From: Dicyema japonicum
Taxonomy: Eukaryota; Animalia; Dicyemida
Length of the DNA: 64,000 bases
Direction: 5' to 3'
Assembly (NCBI GenBank): GCA_011109175.1
Contig: RDEW01000024.1
Location: forward strand, 427,199 to 491,198
Shown here: piece after piece, positions 37,599 through 51,720 of the stretch
Layout of the letters: each line of letters opens with the position of its first letter
Numbering within the stretch: the first letter of the stretch is position 1
Translations under genes and position numbers: made by a program
The notes under the pieces: generated by a model
What the model was told of the DNA's origin: nothing
The model's database searches: none
What the model saw: the letters and a program-made list of their open reading frames with translations, nothing else

Positions 37599-40500
37599 TC
37601 ATTTATAAAAGTCCTGAATCTCCTTTCTCGATGGATCAAGTAAAATGGCCTTCTCAAAATCACTCCGTGAAGCTTCGACTTGTCTAAACTAACACCTCTC
37701 CAATACCCGCTCAGGAATAGACTTTTAGCTCGATAATAATATCCGTCAAACTTTCCGGGGGACATGGAAATGGCCTTGGAAGTAATATTTATGGCGGGAC
37801 CATAATTCTCAAATATTATCAAAACTTACATTAGTGTTGATCAGACAAATAACGGAATATATCAAAACTGTATATTTCAAGTCGAGGAGGTAGTTTATCT
37901 CCTCCTCTTTCGTCGTCTGTGAAATCAGGGTCCTGATCTTCTTGTATATTCGATGAGCTCGTTCCAAGCCTGGGTGAAACTGTGTGACCTAAAATGAGAC
38001 AGAATATTCACAGAAATGCAATATCGACAATCCTTCAGTAGTTTTCTTAGTAAAATTACAATAATGTTGAATTTTCCATCACATAGATCCCACGTGCCAC
38101 TCGCTAAAATTAGTCCAATCAAACTAATTTTTGAACCGAATTTCAATAGAATATCTGCAAAATCTAAATTCTCCTCATTTAGTGAATAATCGAGGGGCGA
38201 CAGTCCCCTGTTATCGCAGATATTCACGTTGTAAGTAAACTTGCATAATAATGTGATCTAAAATAACCAAATAAAGCTACGGCATCATTTTTGAGGTCAC
38301 TGTTAGATACGGCATAGTGGAGGGGAATCCTTCCTAAGTCATCCCTTATTCGAGCATTCCCCCGTTTTTTAGTAGAAGCGATATTACAGCCTTACTGCAG
38401 TATTCAGTTGCATAGTGTAGTGAACTGCGTCCCCCATCCCCAATTAAATTGATATTGTCCTGAGAATATAGTTTTTTGATGATCAAAAGACTCCTTTCTT
38501 TCTTTAAGGCAGTCATCAGAAACGTGTGTCCGTTAGAATTAAAGTTTGAGAAATGTGGAGAATTCGTGCGAGAAATAAGAAGGTAGATGATATTTTCGGG
38601 TACATCAGTGTTGGAGAGAGCAATCTGGAGGGGAAAGTCCCCGTCAACGTTAGGAGTATTAACCTCCTTTATTAGCAAATTATTGATTAAATTGAATAAA
38701 TTATTGTCCAAGTGACTTTGTAGTGCCGCAGTTAACGCTAAATTATGCTAAAATACTACCGGTTTGGCGGGAGACCTCATCCACTTGATTGAGGGGTAAA
38801 GAAAAGTCCAATTCGTTGATAAAATATTTCCAAATCTAAAATTCTCTTGAAATTCTACAGTAATCTGCTTCCACATGATCGCGTAGACGAAAGCCGAGTA
38901 AATCAGTTTCCCCACTGATTTTTTATCCTTAGAACTAGTCATAGCTTGAATAATCGCCTTGACGCACTCAAAATGTCCAAATATAGTGGAATAGTGTAAA
39001 ACAGTGTAATTATGAATATCCACGTGGAAAATCTAAGCTGTAATAGAATTGGCTCACGTTTGCCCCACTTTGTAGTAAGAATGAAATGACAGAACAACTT
39101 CCACTTTCTCCCGCATACATGAGTGCAGTTTTGCCAGAGTTGTCCTGCCAGTTGACATTGGCTCCATATTTGACGAGCAACTTGACGATTTGGAGACTAT
39201 CACTTTTGGCCCATTTACAGAGAATTGACTCCCCCCGACAATTGGGTAGACAGACATCAACATCAGCTCCTGCCATGAGCAATATTTCATAAATCTGAAA
39301 AAGTACGTAATATAAACTAGTAAAATCACTATTAAAGCAATTACTGCAGCAATTAATTACTGTAAATTGATAGGCTTGATTATATTACCTTTTCGTTGGA
39401 ATAATTGTATGCTCGGTAATTCAATAAATTCACGTTTACAGCACAAAATCTCACGCAATTTCCGTAAATCACATTTTTCGGCAAATTCGGGAAAAAGTCA
39501 GCCCTTTCTTTATTTAAGTGACTTTTGAGCAAGTAATGGGCCAAGGCGTAGGCTTCATCCCCAGTCAGAGACTTCTTTCTCATCAGCCACGAGACTAGAG
39601 ACAAATTTCCATTTCTAATGTCACAGAATAGACAACCTGAATGAGAGTTTGTCCTTTAATGATTCTACGAACGACTTTGAAGCCAGACTACGGAAAGTGA
39701 CGAATTTGTCTCTCCCAATTATCAGAAAACTTGGTAGATGGTTCTTTATTATCGTTTGCAGGCTCCTAATGTCGGTGATGCGGTCTATAATCTGCCACAA
39801 TTCGGCAATCTTCAAAGGGGAGATTGCCGCAAAGATGACTTCAAAGATTAATTTTATCTAAACGAGAATTTTATTGTCATTTTACTGTTTTCATTTCTTC
39901 AGGTGCGAGATTAATCTCCAACTTCTCAAATTTTTGGGAATATTCGTTCTCATCCACCAAAAAGGGGACTTGGAAGTTTATGATCGAATAACGTTCCTTG
40001 GTATAAATCTACAGAGGTACTGATATTGTGGGGGTAAGTCGAGTTGTGATCACAATTCGGATATTTGAGGGCATCTTTTTCACCAATCTGACAATTTCTT
40101 CAGTAAAACCAATATTCTCCTTTCCACGGTAAATCTCCGCCATTTCAGGTCCATCCAGAATGATAAACCGTGGTGGAGACTCAGGAACGAAGTGAAATGT
40201 CTCTTCCAGTGCTATTCTGAGGTGGTCGACCAAACTGGAGGCATTTTCATACATTAAATCTGCTGGGATCTCCCTCTGGATTGATAATAGAATACTGCAG
40301 ACAAAGTCATAGACCTATAATTACGGAAAAACAATTACAGTGCAGCTTGTATCGGAAAATGGCGAACAGTAATGAACACCAATAAACATGTCTGCTAGTA
40401 ATTTCCCATATTCTTCCATTTCCGTGTCCCCAGTCTTCACCATGTAGCTCAATTCGGTTGGAACTGACAGTAAACGTCATCAAATACCGTTAAAGTGATT

Positions 40501-40878
40501 TTTCCGTTTGCAGCACTGCAGAAAACGTGCCAGACAGGATTTCCCACAACCCTCAGGACCCGTAATTACAATTCCGCACAATTTTTGGTTGAAGGTCAGC
40601 TCATTGTAGAGTTTCTTTAAAATCGAGCCGCCCCCAATTAATTTAATTTGTTCAAATTGGGTTGATATATTGTAATTATCTATTAAATAATAACCACATG
40701 TTTAGATAATTGTACAACAGAGACTTTTCTATTTATTATTACCTTTGATGTTGCCGAGTCTCTGAGTCAGGTCTGGAATGTTCCCAATTTGCAGACTTTC
40801 CCTCAAGGCATGCCTCCTATTGGAATCGATCATTTTCAATATATTTTCAGAAAGATCAGGAAGCTGTAGGTTTCTCAT
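37599..40878 (-). CDS. TANC: TANC/rolling pebbles-like protein (P-loop NTPase, ankyrin repeats, TPR)
   Basis: GIVITGPEGCGKS (Walker A), GVHYCSPFSDTSCT..DFV, FIILDG, ankyrin repeats (QDNSGKTALMYA, GRSSLHYA, GRIPLHYA) and TPR (KAISMSPGKFDGYYYRAK..DFEKAILLDP). Many 22-25 nt introns; -1 indels needed at about 40507 and 38360; a short upstream exon near 40935 is possible. Confidence 0.85.
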
Positions 40879-42589
40879 ATTTCTAAAAATAACGTTAATT
40901 AATCATTTATTACTAAACTACTCAAAAAATTGCATAACAAAAACACTTGTAATTATTACGGGTTCCTTAGCAAATCAAGCACATTATAATTGCTACTCAC
41001 AAAATTTCAATTTATCAGCAAACCAGTGGATTACAAGGTCGTATTATAATCTGTCACCAACAATTACGGAAATGTGAAAGATGGGGAGGTGCCAGCTCAG
41101 GTACAAAGTGATAATATAAGTAGCATCCCAAAATTATGTACATGAGGGGGAGAATAATTGTGTTTACTAACCAAGCAAATTCCACTAATCGGGCGTAGCT
41201 CAATAATAAGGAGATGCGTAAACGACTTATTCTCCGCTAAAATCTGATTTTAAAGCATGTGATGAATCACGTAACTCCAATACAAATGAGGAAATGATGT
41301 TTTGACTTCCTCTGTCAAAAACCACTTCCTCAACAAAATTAAACTTGTTTTATGATCCTTTAATGGGTCTTGTGTATTCTTTCAGTTTTATTGCGATTAC
41401 TTGTGGAAATAAAACAATAATAATCTTAGTATTATTCCCATCACTTTACTGTCAATTTGTGAAATATTGAGCCTATTAGGGGAACATCAAAGTTATAAAA
41501 ATATTATCTTCCATAAATTATCCATTTTCACGGCATGACTGTGAAATGTCCTCTTGGATATTATTCCTCAATAGCCACTCAACATACTACCAGCAGTGAC
41601 CCCAATTGAGATTATTACAAATTAGGATTTAAATTGGACTTTCCACTTTAGTTTTTTACCACTCCAATTTTGATATGCGATTTTGTGGAAGATGACTGAT
41701 GATTGCCATTGTTATCCATCGTTTTGACCTCCTTTGGCTAGATCAACTAAGTTCCCAAATTGTATGATCATAAAGTTTGCAATAGCACCACTCAAGCCAG
41801 TCAACAGAGAATGGTAATAAACCATCGTCCCACAGTGGGTCTTCCACCGAAATTTTAAATATTTTCAAAAGGCTATTTTATCACCAACATTGATTTTCCT
41901 GTTAAGGTGCATTCTATTGAATAAATATCGATTATAAAACGGATGATATATTCAAAACTACCATAATCGGCTGAATATTTTACATAGACTATTAATAGGT
42001 CTTACTATCAGCTATTAGGCCATAAATTACAAATTGTCTGATTCTCTATTAGACTATTTTTGTAAGTATAATCATGAGTCATTCACAATTAGTCAGTTAT
42101 GTTAATATTTACAATTATTATCTAAACCAGAAAAGAGAACACCAAGGAGTTAAACCACCCAATAAAGTGACTCCAGAAGATCTCAACGTTTTGCTGTTCA
42201 CCAAGCCGATACTTTAAGACCATGACGACTGATGACTAGTTCTAATACATTATCGATATCCATATTAATCTCTGCGATTTAAATTTAAGTTTTGTTGAGG
42301 ATTAAGACACACATAAGTAAATGGAAAAAACGAAGGTATTGTTACTTTTCCTTGTGGAACATTCACATATGATCTTGTAATGCTGAAACTGAATATTTTT
42401 GTGTCGTGAATGTGGGAATAGCATACAACGAACAAATTTGGATTACAATAATTTGTCGAGAAGTTGAATATTTGGTAATAAAGAATCATTAGGGTCACTT
42501 TTACAATCATGACAGACATCTTTTAGAAAAGGTCACTTATTTTGCCTCACCAGTCGTTATTTATAACAAAAGAATTTATAACAAATGAT

Positions 42590-42960
42590 TTCAATAACCG
42601 AATCGATTATCTATACCCTCTGTTGCTTGCAATCAGAACCATGGATCTGTTTCCGGGTCGATTACATGCGGGGAAGGTCCTCGAGTTAGAAGAGGTCGGA
42701 ATTTTGATTTTTATATTACTGACATGTTGCGTCTTCTTTGTTCCTCCAACATCGTCGGGAAAGCGGTGGATTGGCTGTTAGCCGCGGAAAAAACTGAGTA
42801 GGCAAATACGAAGGGTTTCTAGACCTGTTTAAGTGAAATGGTTTGAGGAATAATTGGGAGTTCACTTCGTTTCCTAGATGAGCTAGGACATCTGGCTACA
42901 CTCAAACTACGCAAGACCAAGTGGTTTCTTGAGTTGATCTCCTCACGTCAATTATATCAC
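42590..42960 (+). mobile_element. Decayed CRE RLE 3' fragment
   Basis: Nucleotide similarity to 35520-35640 (cttcgtttccta..ggac..gctacact). Confidence 0.65.
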
Positions 42961-44272
42961 TAGGAAAATGTTGACTAATTATTTAGAGCTCCTGTCTATT
43001 GATGTCAAATGGGATTATGGGGATTAGTCGGTCTACATGATGTTGTCGTCATGTGGTCAGGACGCCCTTGACGTCAATTTTATTAAAATTAAGTTCTACT
43101 GTTTACTTAACTCATCTTAAAATTTTGGTCTTCCAGTATTCAGGCGCAAACAGTCCTCATGAAAAATACTTAAGACTGATTGGATAGTTTGACTGTAAAT
43201 ATCCCCCAACCAACAACTTACAAAGTTACATTAATGATATTGACTATTATAGTGCACTTTCAGACAAATAATTCTCCAATTCTTTCAACTTTGATTCAGA
43301 CAAGATATCCTAGATCCTACGTGCATCCATCGTATCCTTGTTCATGGCTTCTGATGATTCCTGGGTTCTTCACATCATCCATGCTCACAAGAAGGAAGAC
43401 TTCATCCAAGTATACACTACCAGAAAGAGAGATACGTTGCCACATTAATTTTGCAAATTCGTTCTCTATATCCAGTCATTCTGACAAATCATGTCCCTAC
43501 TCTCCATGTAGAGATCTCAATTTTCTTTCTTCCTCCAACGTTTTTACTCAGATCTCTTGTGATTGTAATAAACTCAGTCTTGTCGTCCTTGAAGTTCAAA
43601 AACCAGTCTTTCAATTCATTGGGAGGAGTGTGGCAGATAACCGTACAATTCAAATCCAATTTCACCTACAAAATCAATGTTGTCGACATAAACTATTCCC
43701 ATTGGCATATGTCCGCATTTTTTCTGATTGATACCTAAAAAATCAGGGACTGGCAGGAACAGCCACATGGGCATTAGATCCAAGCCATTTTATTTCCGTT
43801 ATTAAGTTACAGACACTTTTTTCTCGATGTTTTTTCATCATAGACAAGATTGACTGCTAGCGATCAAGTAGGCTACTCATATTTGAGGTCTCGGATGTCA
43901 AAAACCCTTATGCCATAAAGCTACAAACTCAAATTAACGACACAACAACAGAAACACAATCATATCCACATGGATACTATCGAACATGTGGCCAAAGAAC
44001 TCACTGGTTTCATAAGCCATATCTCCCATGTGTACCTCCTCAAAAAGCTCATCCTAGAATAGATTATACATTACCTCCCCATATTACACTTCCAATATGG
44101 GTATAATAAAATCCTCTCTACGACAACTCACCTTACAAAAAAAATCACCTACATTGAAAACCTCGGATTCAAAAGTCCCTAGCGACTCACAGCGTACATT
44201 GAGTCACAAGAAGACTGAAAATGATGAGAATGCTACATAACGAAATTTAATAGTAAACAGCAAATTACTGAA

Positions 44273-44813
44273 TCAGGATTTTAGTGAGGAGGCATTGGAG
44301 GAGTTACTAAACCTTAGAACCACAAGTACTAAATTTTGGAAGAAGCACCTTCTAAATGTTGGAGAAAGCACCTTCTTCGTAATGTAGTAACGTCCCAGTC
44401 TGTGGATTTTGCTTTCGGTCAATAAAAGATAGAATTTGCTGCATTTATAAGTCCTGTTCTTGTGATCTATTACACGGATAGACTTGCTTATTAAATGGTA
44501 GAGATCCTCGGGGAGCAAAGGAGCCATTCCATTCTTCTTAAGGATTCTAAGAACCTTGTTACTGGGACAGCGAGAAATGTTGGGGACTCCATACACGTCC
44601 CTTAAGATGACTCCTTAAGTTTAAGGCTCAATAATACAAATTTGGGAAGGTCTCATGCCTTTCTTAGCAAGTCGGACGATTGTAGCCTCAATTTCAGTAG
44701 GAGTCATCTTTAACCATTAGGGGTTGACTTTTGGACAGGTTGAACTGACCAGGATATACCTTTTCTGAATATATTTTAGTTAATTATTACCCACTTCCAT
44801 ACATACGACCCAG
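44273..44813 (-). pseudogene. RPS13: 40S ribosomal protein S13 (uS15) unprocessed pseudogene
   Basis: GRMY..GKGIS..WLK..LAKKGMRPSQI..VILRD..KVLRILKKNGMAPLLPEDLYHLI..ESKIHRLGRYY. Start codon reads CTG; frameshift near 44717; short deletion in the KHLERNRKD region; two introns (26 and 24 nt) retained. Confidence 0.8.
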
Positions 44814-45399
44814 GTTGAAGCAAAAATGTGAATTTTATTTTATTAAAATTTTTAATTATTATTTTTTCAATTTAACTGACCTTTCTGTTTATTCAGTATT
44901 TTAACAAAATTTGAAATTTAAATTATATTTTTAAATAAAACACTAAAATATTTATTTAAGCCTCGCCAAAGAAAATTTCAAATAATAAATTATACAGACT
45001 GACTGATTGTGGACTAATTATTCTGAACTTACTTGAAGCCCGCTGGTCCTTTTTAGACATATTCTACGGATGGGTGAACAAAACCATGGAATGCCTCCAT
45101 GGAAGAATTATTGTATCTTCTACTTGCAGACGACGTCAATGAAGTTGTCTTCCAAAGACAATTGCGGATGATTATGCAGCGATCGGTGGCCGACTGATGG
45201 ATGCTGCCGATCTGGACGAAATCAGGAGTCGAACAAACAACGAAAAGGATGGAGAAAACTAACGGAATGGATACTCGAAAAACATGGCACAAGCGACCTT
45301 GGACTATTGTTTCCCCCAGTAAGGCATTCTGTGGATCCATTGATATCGACATTCGTATATTCAAAACACTTAAATATAATTGAATGAAACAATTTCTGA

Positions 45400-46480
45400 T
45401 TAGTCTTCTCCAAATAATTCTTTTTTGATATTCCTTTATAATGTCAGTATTCAAGTTAGATAGGTCATCCACATTGTATTTGAGTGCAATAAATCTTGCG
45501 ATAGTGGTCATTGTGTTTTCCTTTGTTTTAGGACCCGCAAGATTCCTGCCCTTCAAAGACACATGGAAGATTTCCTCTCAAGGTCGGTCAAAAATTGAAA
45601 TAACATGCATTCACTCTTATTAGAAATTGAGGTTAATCCTCCTCCAAAACTATTCCTGTTGAGATACAATCTTTCTTTGTTAGAAGGTTGTGCACTCGTA
45701 AGTTAAAAAGTATACACCGGATTTCTAAATCAATAGCTTCGAATTCACGTGGTTCAAACAAACCCAATGTAATAATTATATAGCGAGAGTGCGTATTCAT
45801 TTATCGCTTTAAACAAGTTTACAGCGTTTAATTTCGAATTCGCCAGCATCTCTATCCTTTTTTCACAGTTTTCAGCAATTTTTTCCATAACTTTGTCTTT
45901 CATAACCTTACTCCCTTTATCTTCTAACACTCCAAGATAGCGATATCCCTCACAACCATCCAGATAACTTGTATCTTTGGCACATTTCAGATTAGTTGCA
46001 GACTTTTCACAGTTTCTTTTAAGGCCAGCAACACCCAGATATTCATCAATATCCTCCATCATTTTTAGAAAAGTATCTTCATATTCGGCAATTATTTTCA
46101 GGTCGTCAATAAAAAGAAAATGGTTAGTCGCACATGTCACAATAGACGGATCACTCTGATCAATACATATGTTCGGGAATTTTATATTTAATATTCGGCT
46201 TAGTGGGTCCATTTCCAGAGTAAACAGCTGGGGAGAGAGTGAGTCTCAGTTGCAAGATTCCTCTCCCGAGTTTGACCTTTCCAATTCTTTTTTTGTTAAG
46301 GTTCAAAATAACATTCCACTTGCTTATTAGATTTCTGATAAACTTCACAATCCATGTTGTGAATAAGCTATTTCCATGTTCAGCATTAACACACTTACAC
46401 ACTTATTTCGTAGAACAGCAGTCTTTTTTTCAGAATGAGGTACGTAATACCAGTATAGAACCATTCTTCCAGGCAATATT
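45400..46480 (-). mobile_element. R4/Dong-like (RLE-type) non-LTR RT, decayed
   Basis: RGILQ, MDPLSR, NHFLFIDDLK, YRYLGVLED and LNAVNLFKAINEYALSLYNYYIG. Confidence 0.85.
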
Positions 46481-46559
46481 CACCACTCAGTATCTTGATA
46501 ATCTCTCCACTAATAACTTTGAAGAGAATCAAATTTCTTGACAAAAAATCCATATACTC

Positions 46560-47270
46560 CATCACAGTCAATTCCAAGTCCTTTGGCCCTTAGCCATCCT
46601 TTCTTCAGTTTAGCCATTGCCGCATTTGCCAGTGTTTTCCTCCTTAGTACATCTTCAGCGTCTCCTAGTAGAGAGCCGAGCTTATTAGTACGTCTCCATC
46701 TTTCATGAGTAATATCGTCTTCTCTTTTGATTTCCGTAATTTCAGTTTTGTTAACATTTACGCTAAGAAACCATTTCTCAAGCTCCACAGGTGCATTTTC
46801 TAGTAGGTGTTGGAGTGCTGCCACGTCCAGTGATACAAAATCCACATCATCCGCATAACATGTCTCTTCTATGTCTCCTATATAGCATTTACGGAGGTCG
46901 CGGAGTGCAGATTCAAGGTATATGGTGAATAGTAAAGGGGAGAGGGAATCACCCTGGGGTGTCCCAATCGTTGTTTTGAAACTGCGGGAAGTTGCTCCTT
47001 CTGTCCTCACAGATAGTCTTGTGTTCGCAAGTAGTAGTCTGATTATCCTAACCGACGATTCATTAAATATTTGCTCAAGCATCAGTTTCTGTCTGTTTAT
47101 TGAGTCGAAAGCTCTGGAGAGATCTATTCCCAACACGGTCGTTGCGCTCTTGAATCTTTGGTGCGTTGCGCAGCGTCATCTGTGGCTCCATACAATGTCT
47201 GCCGTAGACCTCCCTTCTCGGACCTCACTTTGACTTGCTGGTTGGTATAGATCCGCCACACCACTAGAAC
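46560..47270 (-). mobile_element. RTE RT fragment, largely open
   Basis: GIDLSRAFDSINR, GTPQGDSLSPLLF, YADDVDF and WRRTNKLGSLLG. Confidence 0.9.
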
Positions 47271-48655
47271 AAAAATTTTTACGATTAATAATAATATATA
47301 ATTATATCAACTTTTTAATATAACGCATAATTGAGAACGCATTTCCCCTGACGGTTTGCAAGGAAATGTGCTCAATGAAGACTTAGAGTCTTGCTCGCTG
47401 CTCTGGAAGAATCTTCGCCTTCAGGCGCCTGAATTTGTCTCCAGGTAACGAAAATTGCACCTCTCCTGGGGAAAGAATAGTTGGATCCTCTTGTTGTCGG
47501 CCATTGTTTTAGGAGTCTCCTCAGTTATCCAAGTAAGCCATCGGAGAAATGGAAAATAAATTTTTGACTAACAACAGCACAATAAGTTCCACACAGATAA
47601 AATTGTGAAGATTCCATAGTACGGGGCTGACTGATGGATGCAGAGGATATGGACGAAATCAGGAGACGAACACGACAACATAAAGGATGGAGAAAACAAA
47701 CGGAAAGGATAGTCGATAAACATGGCACAAGCGAAACCATAAACATTGTTTACTGGTATCGTGGATGTACTTTAACTAACTAAACTAGGATTACGAATTT
47801 GTTCCCTTCGAATCACCGCCATTTCGTACCTCTGCTTTGACCAAAGTACTTCACGGAGCTTGTAAATTTTCGAAGCCAGACCTCGTCCGATACTGGAGAG
47901 AAAGGCGAATGAATTGGTCGTTTTCCCTGAGTGATTCGTACTTTTAGATTTTCGGGGGCTCCGTCTTGTCTGCCGCGTCATCGGGTAAGTGTGTCGTCGT
48001 CAGCGATCTGCTCTCAGAAAAGGTGTCCAAAACATTCATGACATTTAAAACTACTTTATTATACGTTTTTTCGCTGTGATAGGTCGAACAAGCATTTGCA
48101 GCACGAAAAATCAAACTACAAGTTAACTTCTTATCTCAAACCACTTTTGTTATGTCCTGTAGCCTGTCGAGGTATAACCGTCTTGCCCTCGGTCGACAAC
48201 GAAAACGTGGAGCGTCCAGAACAAAGCAATCCTCCATAGCCACGTTTGCGTGGGTCCTCAGGTCCAGACGAAGAATATGTCCAAACAACCCCTATCCTCT
48301 TCAAAGATCTCGCACGAAATCGCTTTGCTACTCGTTCTCTTATAGAGAATGTCAAAAGGCAGTCTGAATTAGTTACGTACTCCCTGACTTGGAGCTCAAA
48401 AAATAGTAGTCTACTCTATTATTTCCTTGTTTTCCATACATATTTTTTAAGAGACACAAGCTCAACTAAAAAACATAATTATGTGACATGCCATCGCGTC
48501 CGTCAGTGCCATCATTTTAGTAAAAATTCTTGATTTGACATCTCACGTTTGATTTTTGACAAAGTTAGTTTTTTTTCTCTCAAATACGAAAAAAGCACAA
48601 ATGTGTAATCTACTTGAAATATATTTAATACAACCAACAGAATGCTAATCTTCAA

Positions 48656-48720
48656 GTCGAAAGTAGCTCAACAGAAGAGTGTTAGAAAAAAGGTCGTTGG
48701 TTCAACTTCGACCTCTGGGA
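48656..48720 (+). pseudogene. tRNA-Phe-like remnant lacking the anticodon loop
   Basis: gtcgaaagtagctca..gagtgttaga..aaaggtc..tggttcaa resembles eukaryotic tRNA-Phe with ctgaagatct deleted. Confidence 0.5.
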
Positions 48721-49197
48721 TAGGTGGATACTTCGTTAATACTCTTCTAGGAGCAGAGATCCATATGACATTGTAAAGGAAGGTGAGTTATTAAATCAGT
48801 CTGTTGTACCGAGTATCGAATATAATTGCTGAGAGCTCGTACGCTGTGAAGGTCTATTTATTCGAAAGTTGAGGAATAAATATGTTAGTCTGACATCATT
48901 CCCATACCAAAAATTTGATTCAAAAACTTTTTTTGCAGTTAAAAGTGTAGAGCGTTCCCTAATAGTTTATTTCTTAGTGATGATGAGATAAATTTATTCT
49001 AAAGACCAAGGGTACCAAACTAACTAACTCCTTGATCGCGACTCGTTTCAGCGTTCCAGAACTTGTCTCAAGTGCCATCCGGATAATAACGTGAAGATTC
49101 GATAGTACACTCATATACGAGCAATACAAACAGTCTATAATATTCTGAAATTGAAATATTTAAGAAAACATAACCCAGAATATTATAATTTATAAGT

Positions 49198-50113
49198 TTA
49201 AATCAATAATAAAGTATATCTCCGACTTTTATATATTTTTATGTAAATAATCACAAAGGTCTGTATAATTCCAATAATCGCACATGCAGAAATTGCTATG
49301 CACTTGATTACTAAATTTATATAATTTACTCCGCTACCTATTCGTGATCTATGAATTGTAGCTGGTTTACTCGATGAGCTGATTTCATAACTTTCAATGT
49401 CGAATGTTCACGATCTGGTAAAAAATCTCAATAAATTATAAATAACTTTTTCTATTAATTTCTTCATTTTTGATCATTTCGTCATTTTTGGCATCAGCAG
49501 CAATACAATCGACTGCTAAATCACAGTTTATTTTTAAATTTACCGCTTCCAGAAAATTTCGGATTATATTTGTTTAATTGCATCTTCATTTCTGTAATAT
49601 TGATGAAAACATATCCATATTCCCTTATATGTAGGTCATGACAACTAAAATAGTCGGTTACTGGAATATTGTATATAAGTCCTTTCGTCCTCAAAACTAA
49701 AATTAACGATTAAACGACTAGCATTACCTTTATTTGATATTAAAAACTGCCAATCAAGAATAAAATAATCTGAAATGACATAAGCGAATAATCTAAAAGT
49801 AATATCATTTTTGTTCCATGAAAGTTTAAGATATTCATTATTATATTCGAAACTAAAATTCGCGTTGTTCAAATTTTCATGCATCTTTTATTAGTATTAT
49901 AAGATTACTGCTTTATTTGTGGTATTGTATGCAACATCAATTTTTCCACTAAATATTACTACAGTCTTATGGCTTTTTTCAACAATATACGTAGGAATAT
50001 CATTATTCATTATTACAGATATTTTATATTCACTCATTATTGAGTTAATGACAATAAAACTTGAAAATATTACTAATTTTATTTTATTTTTAATAACCTA
50101 TAAATTGAAGCAT
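49198..50113 (-). CDS. LAMP/CD68-like type I membrane glycoprotein
   Basis: Signal peptide MLQFIVIFSSFIVINSIMS, several NxS/T sites, YFSC..INITEMKMQ..KFSGSAVDCIAAD (end of a LAMP domain), a TM helix and the tail KSRRYTLLLI (YxxPhi). Six introns of about 25-32 nt; one -1 indel near 49407. Confidence 0.6.
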
Positions 50114-50329
50114 TATCACAGCCTGTGTTCTAATTTATAAATTTTAAATTTTATTTAAATAAAATATAATAAATTAAAAATAAAAAAGAATTATTAAATG
50201 TGGTTATTCACAATCTCCACCCATGATCCTCTAATTATGCTACCACCTACTGCTATGGAATACCTAAAAATATTCACCCGAGAAGAAAAACACAACGATG
50301 AAGGTGGTCAATTTTATCATTGAAGCCTC

Positions 50330-51200
50330 TGGACTGCTACTAATGTGCTCACCCTGGGATCTGAAGCTAAGATGATCAATGGAATAGATAACTTGGTGTG
50401 TAGAGGATAGAAAGGTGATGTGCCGAAGTTACTATTTGTTTGGGTTAAAAAGAGGATTGAGAGTCCGGCAAAAGCAATTAAATTTGGGCAATATGTTCAA
50501 AGCCATGAATGAACACCTGTTATCATTGGATAATTACTACATTGGGCTCATTAATATAAAGCCTTCCAAATTTGAACTGATGACTAAAACAAAGAAAATT
50601 CTTGTGCAGAATCGGATTCATTTGTAACCTGGAAACTAGGGAAGACTATGCCAAATTATAAGATTGGAAGAGGATTGGTATCCATTACCATAAAAGTGAA
50701 CGGATGCTTTTACAATTCTTCCCAGACCTGGAGAAGTCGAATAATTGGTTCAGGAAAAATCCGAAGGATCGTTGTGTCATATAAAAAGTCGTATTTGTTC
50801 TTCAAAATGCTGGAGATAAGTGCAACCGCTGTAACTCTGCTATGAAAAGTGTAGACCATTTGGCAACAAGTTGTGCTTGTAAGAAGACTAAGAGACACAA
50901 GACTCATCCGTGCAGTTTATTGTTGCGATCGGGCCTGTAGATATTCGAGTGGACACAAAGGTACAAAATATCAAACCGGACTTATTTGTTTTCAATACAA
51001 TAACTCTAATAGAAGTGGGAATGTGAAGTTTTGACTTGGGATGGGATCGTCAGCTAGTACTACAAACATAATTTAGAAGTCTTGAAGCCGTAATGTTCTG
51101 TGAAAGTACATATACTGACTGTCTCGATTAAGAATAGAGTATTCTCAATGGATATAGAGATAAAGTGGGAATTGTGGAGGACGATGAGAAAGAGGCTGTG
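50330..51200 (+). mobile_element. R4/Dong-like LINE fragments
   Basis: NMFKAMNEHLLSLDNYYIG, GRGL, VDHLATSC and KPDLFV..LIEVG. Confidence 0.75.
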
Positions 51201-51249
51201 TTATTCCTAAAAACATCAATATGGGTGGTCAACCTGGAGATAAGAGTTT

Positions 51250-51720
51250 AATTTAGTGCGAGGCGCCATGTGGTCTATCATTGTGAAAGTTCTGGAGGCT
51301 CTCGGGGTGCACCTAATGTATCGTGAAAAGTACCATTAGCTCTCTTCTAAAAGGGAACATTTTCTTTCCGTTCGACGAATTTCTGGCCTCCGCTTCACGG
51401 TCGTCTGTTTCTGAACGACGCAAACTGAATGATCGGATCTCTGTTGTTAAACTGAACTGGATTAAAGGGAAAATTGTAGAAATTACAGCACTTATTTCAA
51501 AATTCTAGATTGACATAATACTCATTCAAGAATCGAAGCTGTCTTAAATTTTCCTAGATTGAACATAACGAGCTGATAGTACTAGGAAACGGGTGGAGGA
51601 CACCTCACTTTAATCAAGAGGAGTCGAAATATGAACAAAATTCACAAGAAATAAGGAAAATCATGGGAAATGGCGGAATAACTGAGATTATCTGGATATC
51701 TGTCGGGACTACAAGAAGTC
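51250..51720 (+). mobile_element. LINE 5' end and endonuclease fragment (related copy at about 55785-56400)
   Basis: IDIILIQESKL and GGG motifs; cacctaatgt 5' block shared with the 55785 copy. Confidence 0.55.

Noticed and set aside
41000-42520. Possible decayed mitochondrial-carrier or LanCL-like gene on the minus strand
   Set aside because: Only vague resemblance; no consistent frame or signature motif.
43180-43738. 183-aa and overlapping ORFs
   Set aside because: No recognisable motifs on either strand; likely shadow frames of decayed sequence.
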